In this document: in pieces, positions 46,751 through 61,084 of the stretch
How positions within the stretch are numbered: the stretch's first letter is position 1
How the letters are laid out: each line of letters opens with the position of its first letter
Assembly: GCF_030028105.1 (NCBI RefSeq)
Contig: NC_092376.1
Span: forward strand, 169,475,613 to 169,539,612
Origin: Mobula birostris
Lineage: Eukaryota
Direction: 5' to 3'
DNA length: 64,000 nt
Notes under the pieces: model-generated
Told to the model about the DNA's origin: nothing
The model's input: the letters and a program-made list of their open reading frames with translations, nothing else
Database searches by the model: none
Position numbers and translations under genes: made by a program

Positions 46751-49703
46751 ACGTGCATAAATTAAATACTGTAAGGTACAGAACAGATTAGCCAGTGTCA
46801 CTTCGAATGTGATCTGCCAGGGAGTTCAAAAGCCTGATGACTTGGGGGAAGAAACAGTTTCCCATCCTGATCATTCTTGTTTTTATGCATCAGAGTTTCC
46901 TGCCTAATGGTACAAAGTCAAGGAGAATGCTGGATGGACAGGTGAGATCCCAGATAATACTAAGAACCCTGTGTACTCAGCATTCCTGACAAATGTCCTC
47001 AGTGGATGCTAGGGAGACCCCACAAATGTCTCAGTACTTTGTAGAGACTTCCAGTCTGATGCTAGGCTGCTTGCATACCAGATTGAAGTGAAATTTGTCA
47101 GGACACTCTCAATGGTGCTCCTCTAAAAATCAGTTAAGATTTGGAGAGGGCAGTGGAGCCTGTGGGCTCACTTTCAGGGTCTCTACAGTTAGTATTCTAT
47201 GTATTATTTCTTTACTTTTTTATTATCTGCACAACTTGTTCTCCGTTGTGCGTTGGATGTGAATTGCTCTTTGTTATATGTGTTTTTTGTAGATTTCTTT
47301 GTTTTGCAGTGGGTGTCTACAAGACAATGAATCTCCAGGTTGTGTATGGTATGCATACTTTGATTATATATTTATTTTGTACTTTGAACTTCAGTGGTGT
47401 TGGTTGAAAGCAGCCAGTTGCTTTGTTTGTAAAGTGTGGAATATGGCAAACCTAAGGAGTGGCAATAGGCAGTGTTCAAACAGAAGAAAAACATCCCACC
47501 ACAGAACAGGGGATTACACAACCGTTACAAACCGATGGTTGAGTAAAGTGGGAATTGCATTACACCCTGTATACACAGATTAAATCAGATTACAAAAAGA
47601 CAAATTCCTGAGTTTAGATGTTGACCTTGCTCATGTTTGAAAAACAATCAGACATGAACATTTCATCCAAGAATGAACAGCTGATATTTAAAAATGTGTT
47701 AAGATAGACAGAAACATACAACATTTATCCATATAAAACAATACAGAATATTATTCTGATAATATGTTTTGGGTCTTGGGTCAATAAAATGTGAGTCCAT
47801 AGAGTTGCTGTAACACAAAATAAATCTCTCTCTGCATTCTCTACTGGAAAGTGTGATAAAATGTATTGTTACTTTAACCACAGCATGCTAGTATCATTGG
47901 CAAAGCCAATAGTTATTGTCTACTAACTGGTGAGCTGACTCCTTAAACAACTAAGATTCATGTGTCAAAGCTGCAACGATGGTAAGAGCTCTGTAATTTT
48001 GATCTGGTTACACATTTGCTTCCATATTTAGCAAACATTGCAACAGTTTAGCAGTGCAAACACGAGGAATTCTGCAGACACTGGAAATTCAAGCAACACA
48101 CATCAAAGTTGCTGGTGAACGCAGCAGGCCAGGCAGCATCTCTAGGAAGAGGTTCAGTCGACGTTTTGGGCCGAGACCCTAACTGAAAGAAGAGCTAGTG
48201 AGAGATTTGAAAAGAGAAATGAAACAACTAAGTTTCATGTGTCAAAGCTGCAACAGTGGTAAGAAATCTATGTTTTCATCTAGTTACACATTTGCTTCCA
48301 TATTTAGCAACTTGACAAATTATTTCCCTGTTTCAAACTGCCACAGTCTGTTAATATAAATGAGGAAGTGGATAATGACGATGTTTCCTCATCCATGTGT
48401 TGCAACAATTTAGCTAGTGTGTTCATTTCTAATTGATATTAACTATTTTTTCCCCTGAATTCCATAGGATGCAAATGTATTTCTTTCTCAATTCACACAT
48501 GGTGAACTGTAAAATCTGATTAAGTTAACAGGAAGTTTCTGAAAAGCTGACTGAATGTCAGAAAAGCTGAGAACTCATAAAAGTGGTGAAATCTTAATAA
48601 ATAGCCCCAAACAAAACTACCAGTTCCAAATTGTAACTTAGTCCGGTAAATTCCTATTTTAGTGCAAGGTTTTGGGATCTGAGCTTTCAGGTTACAACTT
48701 AAACTGAATTCCACTAAGTACACTCGATTATGCTAACAACACTCATGCCACAAAAGTTTTCGGAAGAGTGTTGTATAAAGCAAGACAAAAAATGTGTTAT
48801 ACAGTAGTGCATCCCCGAAAAGGGTATGAACATTGCAGATGTTGAAATTATTTGCAGACACCACTAGCATTTATTGTGCATTTTGGAATCTGGGATGAGG
48901 CAGCCGCCTATTAATGGAAGCATGTTTCAGATTTGCTCGAGGCTGATATCCAAAGACTGAGGAGCACCTTGGTGAGTGGCAGTGGATCTCTCGCTATAAG
49001 TGGGAAGAAGCAAATGAGGCTAAGGATGGGCCAAGAACATGGTAAAGCTGCAAACACCAAAGTTTGATGATGTTAGCAGTGGAACCTCATGAACCTACTG
49101 TAGTTGGACCTCCCACCTCTGCAGTTGGCTGGACAGACAGACTGCCTGGGTGCCAGATAGGAAGAAACTTAAATGTTACAGAAAATAGGGACACTAAACA
49201 TCATTCCTCAGGAAATAGGAGGAAGGGGTAAATCAAAAACTAATATTAACTGATAATTATTATAAATAGACTTGATCAGATGTCTGGATTATTGTCTTAC
49301 AATACGGCTGCCCCTTCTGGTTCAGCTCCTCCTGAATGTGACACAGAGGAAAGCGGAAGCTCCAACTGCACTGGGACTTTTTAATATAACATTTATAGTT
49401 CATGTGAAATCTGCTGCAATACAACAAATTTCATGACATACGTCAATGATACTGGACCTCATACTAGTTTCCATGTGATCAGTTTGCTACCAAACTTTAC
49501 ACTTACGTAAATGTTGATGCCAGATATTTATATTTGGGTTGGCTGAACGCAATACCAAGGAAGTGGAAGATGAAAGCTCGGGACCTTCTACATTAGATCA
49601 TCATCATGGTCCCAGAAATACTGTCATCCTTGGACAGATCTGAATGCTCATGTCACAACTGGAGATCAAGGGGACAGTGCAGGGTATCTGTGCATGATGG
49701 ATG

Positions 49704-49852
49704 TGTTATGAACCCACAGGTTTTGTTTACTGTGGGCTGTCACTTTAAGAGCACTTAAATGAGGCGGGACTATGATGTTCACTGACTGACTTGCAGCTTG
49801 TTTAACTTTAAAACAAGGACACAGACATTCATGGTCAGAAGTCAGAAGGGGG

Positions 49853-49888
<36 letters not shown>

Positions 49889-50489
49889 AAAAGAGAAAAA
49901 AAAAAGACCAGCTGCTGAAACTTCAGCTGGTCACTGTGATGGTTTGAAACTCTTTTGCACAACGAATGTGGGACTATCACTTCGTATAATCCAAAGGAGT
50001 GGATCTTTCGGGATATCCTGTGGAGACCACTTATGTATTAACCCTTGCCTGGGTATGTTGTGTGGTAATCATTTGAAGATGATATCCCTGTGACAGGTCA
50101 CTTTCGGTGATAACTAGTATGTGGATTTGGAACAATACAACAGAAAAAATCTTCGATGATAATACTTTCATTTACCTGTGAAATTCGACGCAACCACCTT
50201 TTCTCTACATTTCACCCTGGATTATAAATATCTCTCTCCTATCTTTCATTCCATGGATGAACTGAACTTCCCTACTTTACCATCTCAAGACTCTAAGACT
50301 TTGTTTCCCCAAGCTCAACATAGTTTAGGAGCTATATATACACATAACATTGTTAACTTTTGTTTATCTTGGTTAAGTTACTATATTATAAGTGGATACT
50401 AATAAAGATAGTGGTTTTAACATTAAAATCAGACTCAGTGTGAAATCTCTTGCTGCTGGTTTATTTCTAAAATGTTACAATTTGTAACA
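49704..50489 (+). mobile_element. Solo LTR (786 bp), TSD GATG
   Basis: Begins TGTTA, ends TAACA, with perfect 4-bp GATG on both sides. AATAAA near the right end (~50400) and an internal (GA)n tract. Confidence 0.85.
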
Positions 50490-52255
50490 GATGTCAACAA
50501 CAATGATCTTTCAACGATAGTGAATCATTGATTCGTACTCTCCTTGATTCATACAGAAGTTAAACTCCGACTTTAAAATTCTCAGGGAATCTTGTCAACA
50601 GTTAAAGAAAACGGTGTGATTTCAGTGTTGGAAAATCTTGGAGTCTTGGAGTTTTCTGTTTTCTTTTTCTTTTGAAGTATTGCTGGATTGCAGTTCTTGA
50701 ACACTGGCTGTTTTGATATTGATGACTAACAATGGCCAGCTCACTAGTACAGTTCATAACCAATCTGCTAAATGCAGATTTCCTTTGTCTCATGATTAGC
50801 TGGAGGAATTTTTTTAGCTGTTGGGAAAGTCTCACCAGCTGATGTCCTCACTCAGCCACTGTAACACAATGCTGGCCAATCTCTTGTCTTTACCTCGATA
50901 AATGAGGTCTACCAAAAATGTGTTGCTTGTGTTCTAAGTCACCCCCAGTCACTTTCACACATCACTCCGAAGTGTGACAATGTATGATGGCTTCCAGGTA
51001 AGCAACTTCACAAGCTTACATTCAATTTTTCTCTTTTCCCAAATCCTTTCAAGGAGTAACCTCTCCCTGTTTTGCAGTGGTCATGAGATTTCTCTGTTCC
51101 TTCAGTTATTTCCCTATGAGCTTCCCAGCCTGCATAATTGCTGATAGTGCCTTTGGGTGGATGTAATTGTACTGGAGAGGTTGCAGAAAAAATTCACCAA
51201 GGTGTTGCCTGAATTAAAATACTTTAATTATGGGAAGAGATTGGGTAGGTTGGTCTTGTTTACTTTCCCTGGAGCAAAGGACTGATCTTATACCTATCTA
51301 AAATTATAAGAGGCATAGATACAATTGAGCACATCTTGAGATATTGATTTATCCATTCACTGTTGTTGATGGTGGAGTTCTACTACACAGAGCAGAGACA
51401 CATTTCAAATCGATATACTGCTTCAACAGCTTAATTGATTGAATATGTAATAAATAATTTTAAAGTATTAAGAATATTAACATTTAATAAAATCTTTAAT
51501 TATTGAGATTTTGCTAAATTGAGTCTCCCCTATTGACTGAGTGGCTTGTTAATTTTATCAATATAAATATTCTGAACTGGCTCTGGAATAGAAAGATCTG
51601 AAAGGGGAACAATATCTGCCTCGCACATTCCAAAGACATACAGGTTAGTGTTAGTAAGCTGTGGACGTTCTTTGTTGGCACTGGAAGTGTGGCGATATTT
51701 GTGGGCTGCCCCAGCATATATTAAATTATGAACCTCAAATCCAGTGCAAGTTAGAGTTAGATTCTGGTATTCTTCTTGAGTATCCAGTCAGAATTTTGTC
51801 ACTGTTGTCATTGGACCGAAGACACACGATGATTTGGAGGTGAAAGTTCAGTCTAATGGCTGGCATTTACAGGCTGTTGTTAGAGAATAGCAGAATCTCC
51901 AACTGCACTGAAACTTTTTAATATAATATTTATGGCTCATAAATTTACTTTGAATAATAGAATATTTTACTTATGGTAGAGATATCAAAAACTATGCTCA
52001 GTTCACCATAACTAATGGTATCTTTTCACCTCAATATTTATCAAGAATATGTCTCAGATAATTCTGCTTTTAACAGCCTTTAAGGAGGAGTTCCAAAGGC
52101 TCGTGACCGGCTGAAGGGAAAATAGATGAACCCTTATCTTAAGACAGTGGTTTCCATGTTTCTCCCATAAGAGAATTTTGCCACCTTGTTAAACTCCCTC
52201 AGTACGTTGAATGTTTCACGTGATCATTATCTTCAAAGGGTGAATTCCTCTACAC

Positions 52256-52334
52256 CATGGGTTCACAACTTGGGGTCCACAACCCCCTTGGTAATTGTAG
52301 GGGTCCATGGCATAAAAGAGGCTGGGATCCCCTG
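52256..52334. mobile_element. ~80-bp hAT MITE, same family, opposite orientation
   Basis: Perfect 8-bp TSD CTCTACAC; its reverse complement aligns with the 20016 copy. Confidence 0.85.
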
Positions 52335-53311
52335 CTCTACACAGATCAAAATGCTGGTATTGAACAAAGCAGGGAAAGTTGACTCGTTTGTGCAGAGGCT
52401 GACATTATGTCATGTGAAGTTTTATTTTTTATTGAGTGTTCTATATTAGTTACATGTTGTGCAAAAGACCCACGCATGAGACTTGAGCACATAAACTGGG
52501 CTAACCATTTAACGCAATGCTGAGACAGTGCTGAGTTATCACGAGCTTTCATACGGATGAGATGATGAAGCAATACTCCCGTATGTCCACTCAGATAAAT
52601 GCTCATTATTTCAGGACAGTGCCTGAAGTTTGGTGTAGACTTGGTGGGCCAAGAAACCACTTTTTTTTTCTGTATGTTCCTGTGCCTTTGTCCAGAATTC
52701 AAAGTTAGCCAGCATAGTGATTCCTCTTTGGACCACCAGTCCAATCACGAACTTGATGATTCCCGGACTCATTCTGGGCACATCCTCTTTTGTGGATGTG
52801 ATGTTTTAACATTCTCACCTTCTGTATTTAGAATCATGTTCCAATGACAGAGATGTCTATTCCACTGCCTTCTTTCTTTTTTCAAGGCCACCAAGCAGTG
52901 ATCTTCAGATTTCTTCACCATTAGCCTTAAACAGATAGCTAGCTACCAGCCCAACTTCTACGTCAATCCCATCTCACCCCCATCCAGATCGATTTTCCAG
53001 CTCTGTTGAAAGTGGCACTTTTGATGTAATCTACATGGGTTTTAACACACAATCCAACATGATCGATTGCTCAAGATAGCAAAGGTCGATGGATTCCAAG
53101 GATCTCGTTAAATTGGATTATCGAATGGATCAGTGGAAAGCTGCAGGGTTTGAGATTGGATCCGATGGGTGGAGGGGTAAAACTTATTATCACGCAGAAG
53201 TATTGACAATGGGATAGGAATAACTAGCGTATCACTAAAAGTCACCGTAGATATATTGTTGGAAGTATCTCCTGATTGGTTGCATCATTGTCTGGTATTG
53301 CAATTCAGACT

Positions 53312-53565
53312 GGGGCAGCATAATAGCGTAGTGGTTAGCATAACAGTTTTACAGCAACAAGGGCTCGGATTCAATTCCGCTACGATCTGTAAGGAGTTTG
53401 TACATTCTCCCCATAACTGTGGGTTTCATCTGGGTGCTCCGGTTTCCTCCCACATTTCACAATCCTATGGCTTAGCAGGTTAATTGGTCACATAGGTATA
53501 ACTGGGCAGTGTGGGTCGTTGAGTTGGAAGACCTGTTACTGTGCTGTATCTCTAAAATAAAATAA
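53312..53565 (+). mobile_element. tRNA-derived V-SINE (HE1-like)
   Basis: A-box-like tagcgtagtgg, B-box-like ggattcaattcc, V-domain-like core gggtgctccggtttcctcccac and A-rich tail. Related degraded copies at ~3760-4000 (+), ~19020-19295 (-) and ~51550-51730 (-). Confidence 0.72.
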
Positions 53566-55502
53566 TATGCACAGGACCATACGTTGCAGAAAATGGTTGA
53601 CTTGGCCAAATACATCAACTTCAAGCGTAATTGTCATTCAACCATACGTGATAACCCATGAATACAACCAAACAAAACAGCTTTACTCTGGGGCCAAGGT
53701 GTGAAACGCAGTACCAACAGTCACACACAGCACAACGCACATATAGCACACATAAATCAGTAAAATACAGTCACACACAAAAAACTGCAGTCCAGACCCT
53801 GAGCCCCTGAATCTTACAGCAGTTAACAGTTGAACACAATATTACTTGTCTTCTGCCGAGCGATCAGAGGGTGGACAGCACTGACTTTAGCTTGGATGCA
53901 GCACCACATTGCCTCTGACACTTCGATGGAGCAGACCAACTCCAACACCTCTCTTCTGAGTGGCTATAAACAGGCAACATCGGGGCTTGAGGCCGAGTCC
54001 TTGCTATGACCGAGGCCACGCAGCTCCCCTGCCATCCCCCAATAAATCAGTGAATCAGACTTGCTGCAGTCCACATTGACAATGTCCAACAGAGTCTTGC
54101 GATCACAAGAAAAACAATTAAGATGATCAGTCACTGTTAGGCTTCACTTTGCCTTTGTGCACCAACTTCTCTGATGCAGGCAGCAGAATGATTGCACCAA
54201 GTCCAGCCCCTTCAGTTTCTCCACCAACAAGCAACTCACTGTTGAGGTAGACCTGCAGTACTTTAACTTCTTAATGTCCAGCAGGGTTTTGTGATCATTA
54301 CGCTGCTGATGTTTAGGGCAGCAATGAAGGTCCTCCATCTCTGTTTGTGTAGAAGAATTTGTCATGCTCTTTCTGTCACAATTGTTTTTTGACCAGTCAG
54401 GGCAACCGTACCAAGAGCCAAAGCACAAGACCCTCACTCCAGACAACAAAGTTCTCCGGGTCATAGCAGCACGCACACCTCCGAAGCTGACGACAAGGTT
54501 GTGGTCCTTTGGCGGTGTGAGGATAAAAAAGAATGTTTAAAAAGGACAATAACTTTGGTTAATCTCATAGAAGCCACTGTGGCTGAGCATGCTGCCATCT
54601 TAGCGAGTCCTTGCACATCCCTTTCCACTATTGATAATATCTACAGGAGGCATTGCCTTAAAAAGGCAACATACATCATCAAAACTCCCCACCATCGGGA
54701 AGGAGGTACAGAATCCTAAAGTTACACAGCACCATGTCCAGCAGCAGCTAATTCCTTCCCAGCAACCATTTGGTTCTTGAGTCAACCAACACAACTCGAA
54801 TCACTACTGTACAACATCACTATGACCACTTTGATTACTTACCACTAAAACACTGACTTCTTTTTTTGTTCTAATTCTGTTCTTTCATACAAAAGTGTCC
54901 AATTAATGTTTATGCTTTTTTGTGTGTGAATGTTTTCTACGTAATGCCTTAGCTTGTGATGCTGTTGCAGGTAAGTTTTCCATTGCACCTGTGCTTATGA
55001 CAATAAATTTGACTTTGATTTTGAATTAATGTTTTGTTTTACCGGTCACTGTGGGTCCTGTGATTTTTTTTTAATGCAGAGCTGACAATGCAGGCAGCTG
55101 CTTTCAGAGAGGAGCTGCAGAGCAACAAATATACAAGTGGACTTCCAAAGCATACTGATATGAAGCCCTTATAGATGCAGAGACAAGATGTGCACAATCT
55201 CAGAAGAGCTATGTGCTATGATATGTGGACTGGATAATATTCACCAGTGTGAAAATGGTAGAACTGTATATGTTCACAGTGATCATTAGCCTCAGGGAAA
55301 GATCTTTATTGCTATTAAGTCCCACCATAGAGCACCAAGGAGGCTTTAGAAAATGCTTAGGAGCGTGTAAGTTGTCTCCTTAATGTTTGGTGCATGTGAG
55401 TAGCCAACAGGCTTAACTCAAGGCCAGAAAAGTATTGATTGTGAGGCGGTCAACCTGATGAGATGCATTTCTGATCTCTCAGCCGCCAATGAAGATTGAG
55501 GA

Positions 55503-56348
55503 TGTTACATACCCCGTAACTGGGTTGCCAAACCAGCAGAAATGGACCACTCATTGGAGTCTGGATTACTAGGAACTAATAAAATTTTATTGAAGAAATA
55601 AGTAACGCAGTACTCTGATCGTAAGGGTATAAATGCAACAGGTTAGCAATGATAATACACACATGTACACAGAACTAGGGTAATAGGAATCAAACCAAGC
55701 TCTATCGCAGTCTAGGGGTAAAATGATCAGTCTTAAGTGACTCAGAGTTCGGTTCAGCTTAGTACAGTTCGCAGTAATCGCTGTTGTGCTGTTGGAGAGA
55801 GAGAGAGAGAGGGAGGGGGATGCAATTTGATTCAGGCAGACCTTTGATGTCTTCGCAAGTGGTTTTCGGGTGGACCCTTTTATGTCTTCTATCCTGCTGT
55901 GGTCACCGACTGTGATCCCTCTGTTCCGGTTACGATCGTTCTTCCGTGGTGAACCCGGCACCCAGGCAAGGGTGGACACACACACCAGGTTCCCACCGAT
56001 CGTACCTATACACCCTGTGAGCCTATGGTCGGTTCCCGTGAACTGGACCTCCAAACACTCACCAACTTGTGGGGGTGCACCACTCTTTGCAGGGTCTCAT
56101 TATCTCGTGATCTCGTGGTGTGTTCGTGTCTAGCGAACCTGCTCTTCTTATCCCCCTGCTGGGGTATCACTTGTCCATCAAACTTCAAATAGTTCAGTTT
56201 CAAAGTAACTGGTCTGTCAATAGCTGAATTGTGTTTCTTTTCTGTTAATCTCTCTCTACTCTTTCATTAACATTTTGAACGTTTTTCCATTGTCTCTCTT
56301 ATCTCTCTCATTAGCATCAATTGTCTGACAATTTGGTTTGGCATCACA
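55503..56348 (-). mobile_element. Solo LTR (846 bp), TSD AGGA
   Basis: TG...CA termini with perfect 4-bp AGGA flanks. Minus-strand AATAAA at ~55585-55590. Confidence 0.85.
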
Positions 56349-56369
56349 AGGAAATAAGATGAAAAGAGA

Positions 56370-56900
56370 ATAAAAGAAAGGTTGCTTTCTTTTACTGACT
56401 GAGGCATAGCAAACAAAAAGAAGAGTGGTTATGTTAGAACTGTATACAATGTCAATTGGACTGCAGCTTCATTACTGTGTAGAGATCTGGTCACTATTTT
56501 ACAGGGAATTATAGGTGATTTTCTTGGGCATGGACAGGAGGAAATTAAATAAGGATTGAGAACTGGAAGATTTAACTTGGAGGGGAGTCTGTGGTTCTTT
56601 TCTTGTGAAGTGTGCTGTATTTTGAGGGGCCTAGATAACTGGAAGGATTTACTTTTCCTTGCAGATGAATCATAAAATATAGGGGCTTAGTGCAGAAGAA
56701 TTACAGGGATGAAGAAGAAAAATATTTTTCAATTCAGAGCTTGCCGTGAGTCAGGAGATTCTGTCTGAAAGGATGGTAGAAGCAGAAACTATCATCACAT
56801 TTAAGGAAGTATTCGAGTATGCTCTTGAAGAGTTGGAACTTGCAATGCCACAAGGCTGGTGTTTCAAGGTGGGATTAACCTGATCTATTTTGTCTGGCAT
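56370..56900 (+). mobile_element. Degraded CR1 3' fragment
   Basis: Weak nucleotide similarity to the other CR1 3' ends in the window. Confidence 0.5.
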
Positions 56901-58499
56901 GGACATGATATGCCAAATGGCTTCCTTCTGGATTGTAACTGGAAAACTGTATGTTTCTATATTGCACTTGTTTTGGAAATTTTATGGCATCAGAAAATAA
57001 CTATGAAGGCCACTAAAGGAGCTTGATTGGCGAATTTAGAGATATTAGAGGGTGTGTAGTAAGAACACCACTACTTGACAACTGGTCAAAGGAGAATTGC
57101 AACTGTTAGAACTAGAATGAGAAGGACAAACAAGAAAAAATCTGTAGATGAAGGAAATCCAAGCAACACACTACAAAAAATGCTGGAGGAACTCAGCAAG
57201 CCAGGCAGCATCTATAGAAAAGAGTATAGTCGACATTTCGGGTTGAGACCCTTCGTCTGGACGTCCATCGACCCTATTATCTGGAGTGCTTGTTTACTGA
57301 ATAAAAAAGTATATTCTAGACTCTTTAGACAGTTACTTTGCATGTGTTATTTTGTCTTATAAAGGGAAGCATTCAGTTTGTATGTTAAATGTAATGTGTG
57401 GAACAAATGGTTTTATTTTAAGACCATTCTGCTTTCAGAAATTACCCTATTTGACCAATTGCTTTCTGTTTCAAAATGCGATTATTAGAGAAATGTAACA
57501 GTTTGACAGTTTTGTAAAGAATGTCACAGTCAAAAATATACTGATACTGTCAGCTTTCTTTTATTTAATAAAGATATCACATTCTGAATTTAATTAATGA
57601 TTATTTCCCAATGTTTGAGAGAGAGAGACATAGTGAGTTAGGCTCCTCTCCAATTGTATCTGATACCCTAGTCCTTCTGTGTTTCTTCCCATTCATATAC
57701 CTCACCAAACCCTGGACCTTGCCCCAATTAAGCACTAGACCTAATGCCCAATTGGGTTACAAGCCTGCTGACTATCTAATTGCGATGGTTCTTGAATATG
57801 TTGATCATTTTCACTAGCTGATTTTCTCTTGATATTCTATGCAAGTTAATAAAATTTGGCAGAGCACAAGAATTACTTTCACTGTTTTGAATGTATTTTA
57901 AAGTGTGATGTCAATGTGTTCACTGTGGTTTAAACATCCTCATATAAAGCAGGAACATTCATCTAAAAAAACTAGGCAATAGAATATAACGTGACAGGAT
58001 GTGTTATTGCAATGGGTATTTCTGAAATTCTCTGCTCTATCATGTCACATCTTTGATGGAAAGAACAAACTTGGATATTGTAAAGATAGAATTTGATATA
58101 CTTGCTTGGATGGTAATCAATCACTGTTCTTTTCAAGATCAAATTTTGCTGTATGGTGCTGCATAGATATTCACCATAGAATCAACACAGGACTGCAGTG
58201 TAAGTATTGGGCAAACGTGGGTTAACACTTGCCTTGTACTTGGACAGGTTTGGAAATGGCACCTACATTTCAAACATTAGTAATAGGAATTTGTGGAGTC
58301 TCTCATTAAGGATGTGATAACAGAACACCTTGAAAAACAATAATAATGTTGGGCAGAACCAGCACAGATTTATGATATCCATGTTTGATTAATCTACTGA
58401 GGTTCTTTGAGGATTTTACTGACAGAATAATTAAGGGGAAACCCGTGGATATGCAGTATTTACATTTTCAGAAGACCTTCAAAAAGATCTTGCATGAGA

Positions 58500-61050
58500 C
58501 CATAAGACCATAAGATATAGGAGCAGAAGTAGGCCATTTGGCCTATCAAGTCTGCTCTGCCATTCAATCATGGGCTGATCTAATTCTTCCAGTCATCCCC
58601 ACTCCTCTGTCTTTCCCCCATACCCTTTGATGCCATGGCTAATCAAGAACCAATCCATCTGTGCCTTAAATGCACCCATAGACTTGGCCTCCACAGCCAC
58701 TCGTGGCAACAAGTTCCACAGATTTACCACCCTCTGACTAAAATAATTTCTCCGCATCTCTGTTCTAAATGGAAGTCCTTCAATCCTGAAGTCGTTCTTT
58801 CTTGTCCTAAAATCCCCTACCATAGGAAAGAACTTTGCCATATCTAATCTGTTCAGGCCTTTTAACATTGGGAATGTTTCTATGAGATCCCCCCCTCATT
58901 CTCCTGAACTCCAGGGAATACAGCCCAAGAGCTGCCAGACGTTCCTCATAGAGTAACCCTTTCATTCCTGGAATCATTCTCGTGAATCTTCTCTGAACCC
59001 TCTCCAATGTCAGTATATCCTTTCTAAAATAAGGAGCCCAAAACTGCATGCAATACTCCAAGTGTGGCCTTATAGAGCCTCAACATCACATCCCAGCTCT
59101 TATACTCTATACCTCTAGAAATGAATGCCAACATTGCATTTGCCTTCTTCACCACCAGCTCAACCTGAAGGTTATAATTTTGGGTACCTTGCACAAGGAC
59201 TCCCAAGTCTCTTTGCATCTGTGCATTTTGAATTCTCTCTCCTCTGCCCATTTATTTCTTTCACCAAAGTGCATGACCATACACTTTCCAACATTGTGTT
59301 TCATTTGCCAATTCTTTGCCCATTCCCCTAAACTACCTAAGTCTCTCTGCAGGGTCTCTGTTTCCTCAACACTACCCGCTCCTCCACCTATCCTTGTATC
59401 ATGGCAAATTTAGCCACAAATCCATTAATCCTATAATCCAAATCATTGACATACATCGTAAAAAGCAACGGTCCCAACACCAACCCCTGTGGAACTTCAG
59501 TGGTAGCCGGCAGCCAGCCAGAATAGGATCCCTTTATTCCCACTCTCTGTTTTCTGCTAATCAGCCAATGCTTCACCCATGCTAGTAACTTCCCTGTAAT
59601 TCCATGGGCTCTTATCTTGCTAAGCAGCCTCATGTGCGGCACCTTGTCAAAAACCTTCTGAAAATCCAAGTACACCACATCTACTGCATCTCCTTTGTCT
59701 ACTCTGCTTGTAATTTCCTCAAAAAAATTGCAATAGGTTAGTCAGGGAGGATCTTCCTTTCAGGAAACCATGCTGGCTTCGGCCTATCATGTGCCTCCAG
59801 GTACTCCGTAATCTCATCCCTAACAATCGATTCCAGCAACTTTCCAACCACTGATATCAGACTAACAGGTCTATAGTTTCCTTTCTGCTGCCTCCCACCC
59901 TTCTTAAATAGCGGAGTAACGTTTGCAAATTTCCAGTCATCTGGTACAATGCCAGAATCTATCGATTCTTCAAAGATCATCGTTAACGCCTTCGCAATCT
60001 CTCCATCTACTTCCTTCAGAACCCAAGGTGCATTCCATCAGGACCAGGAGATTTATCCACCCTCAGACCATTAAGCTTCCGGAGCACCTTCTCAGTCATA
60101 ATTTTCACTGCACAAACTTCACTTCCCTGACACTCTTGAATGTCCGGTATACTGCAATGTCTTCCACTGTGAAGACTGATGCAAAATACACATTCAGTTT
60201 CTCTACCAACTCTGCGTCTCTCATTACAATATCTCCAGTGTCATTTTCTATTGGTCCTATATCTACCCTCAACTCATTTTTACCCTTGATATACTTCAAA
60301 AGTTTTTCATACCTTCTTTGATATTAGTCGCCAGCTTCCTTTTATAATTCATCTTTTTCTTCCTAATGACCTTCTTAGTTTCCTTCTGCAGGTTTTAATC
60401 CTCTGTCTTCACACCAGCTTTGGCTTCCTTGTATGTTCTCTTTTTTGCTTTTACTTTGGCTCTGACTTCACTTGTCAGCCACAGTAGTGACCTTCTTCCA
60501 TTAGAAAATTTCTTCTTATTTGGAATACATCTGTCTTGCACCTCCCTCATTTTTCACAGAAACTCCAGCCATTTCTGCTCTGCTGTCCTTCCTGCTAGTG
60601 TCCCTTTCCAGTCAACCTTGGCCAATTCCCCTCTCATGCCATTGTAATTTCCTTTATTCCACTGAAATCCTGACACATTGGAATTTAGTTTCTCCTTCTC
60701 AAATTTCAAAGTGAACTCAATCATATTGTGATCACTGTTCCCTAAGGGTTCCTTAACCTGAAGTTCTCTTATCACCTCCAGATCATTGCACAACACCCAA
60801 TCCAGCACAGCTGATCCCCTAGTGGGCTCAACAACAAGCTGTTCTAAAAAGCCATACCTTAGACATTCTCCAAATTCTCTTTTTTGAGGTCCAGTACTGG
60901 CCTGGTTTTCGCAGTCCACTTTCATGTTAAAATCCCCAACGATTATCATGACATTGCCCTTCTGACACAGCTTTTCTGTCTCCTGTTGTGATTTGTAATC
61001 CACATCCTGGCTGCTGTTTGGAGGTGACCAACAAGGTTGGAGCACTTCAT
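58500..61050 (-). mobile_element. CR1 LINE ORF2, relatively well preserved
   Basis: ORFs 60554..61096, 60105..60299, 59738..59980 (GNYRPVSL), 59388..59678 (YLDFQKVFDKVPH...PQGLVLGP), 58807..59061 and 58593..58868. Confidence 0.92.
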
Positions 61051-61084
61051 ACTGAGGCTGATATACATATAATTGAGTCGTAGA

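Noticed and set aside
49340-49400. ETS-like GAGGAAAGCGGAAG motif as an enhancer
   Set aside because: Short motifs occur by chance, and the adjacent ctccaactgcactg...actttttaatataa recurs at ~51897, suggesting a repeat remnant.
52450-53250. Several 80-130-aa ORFs on both strands
   Set aside because: No recognisable domain and no consistent splice phases; frames close quickly.
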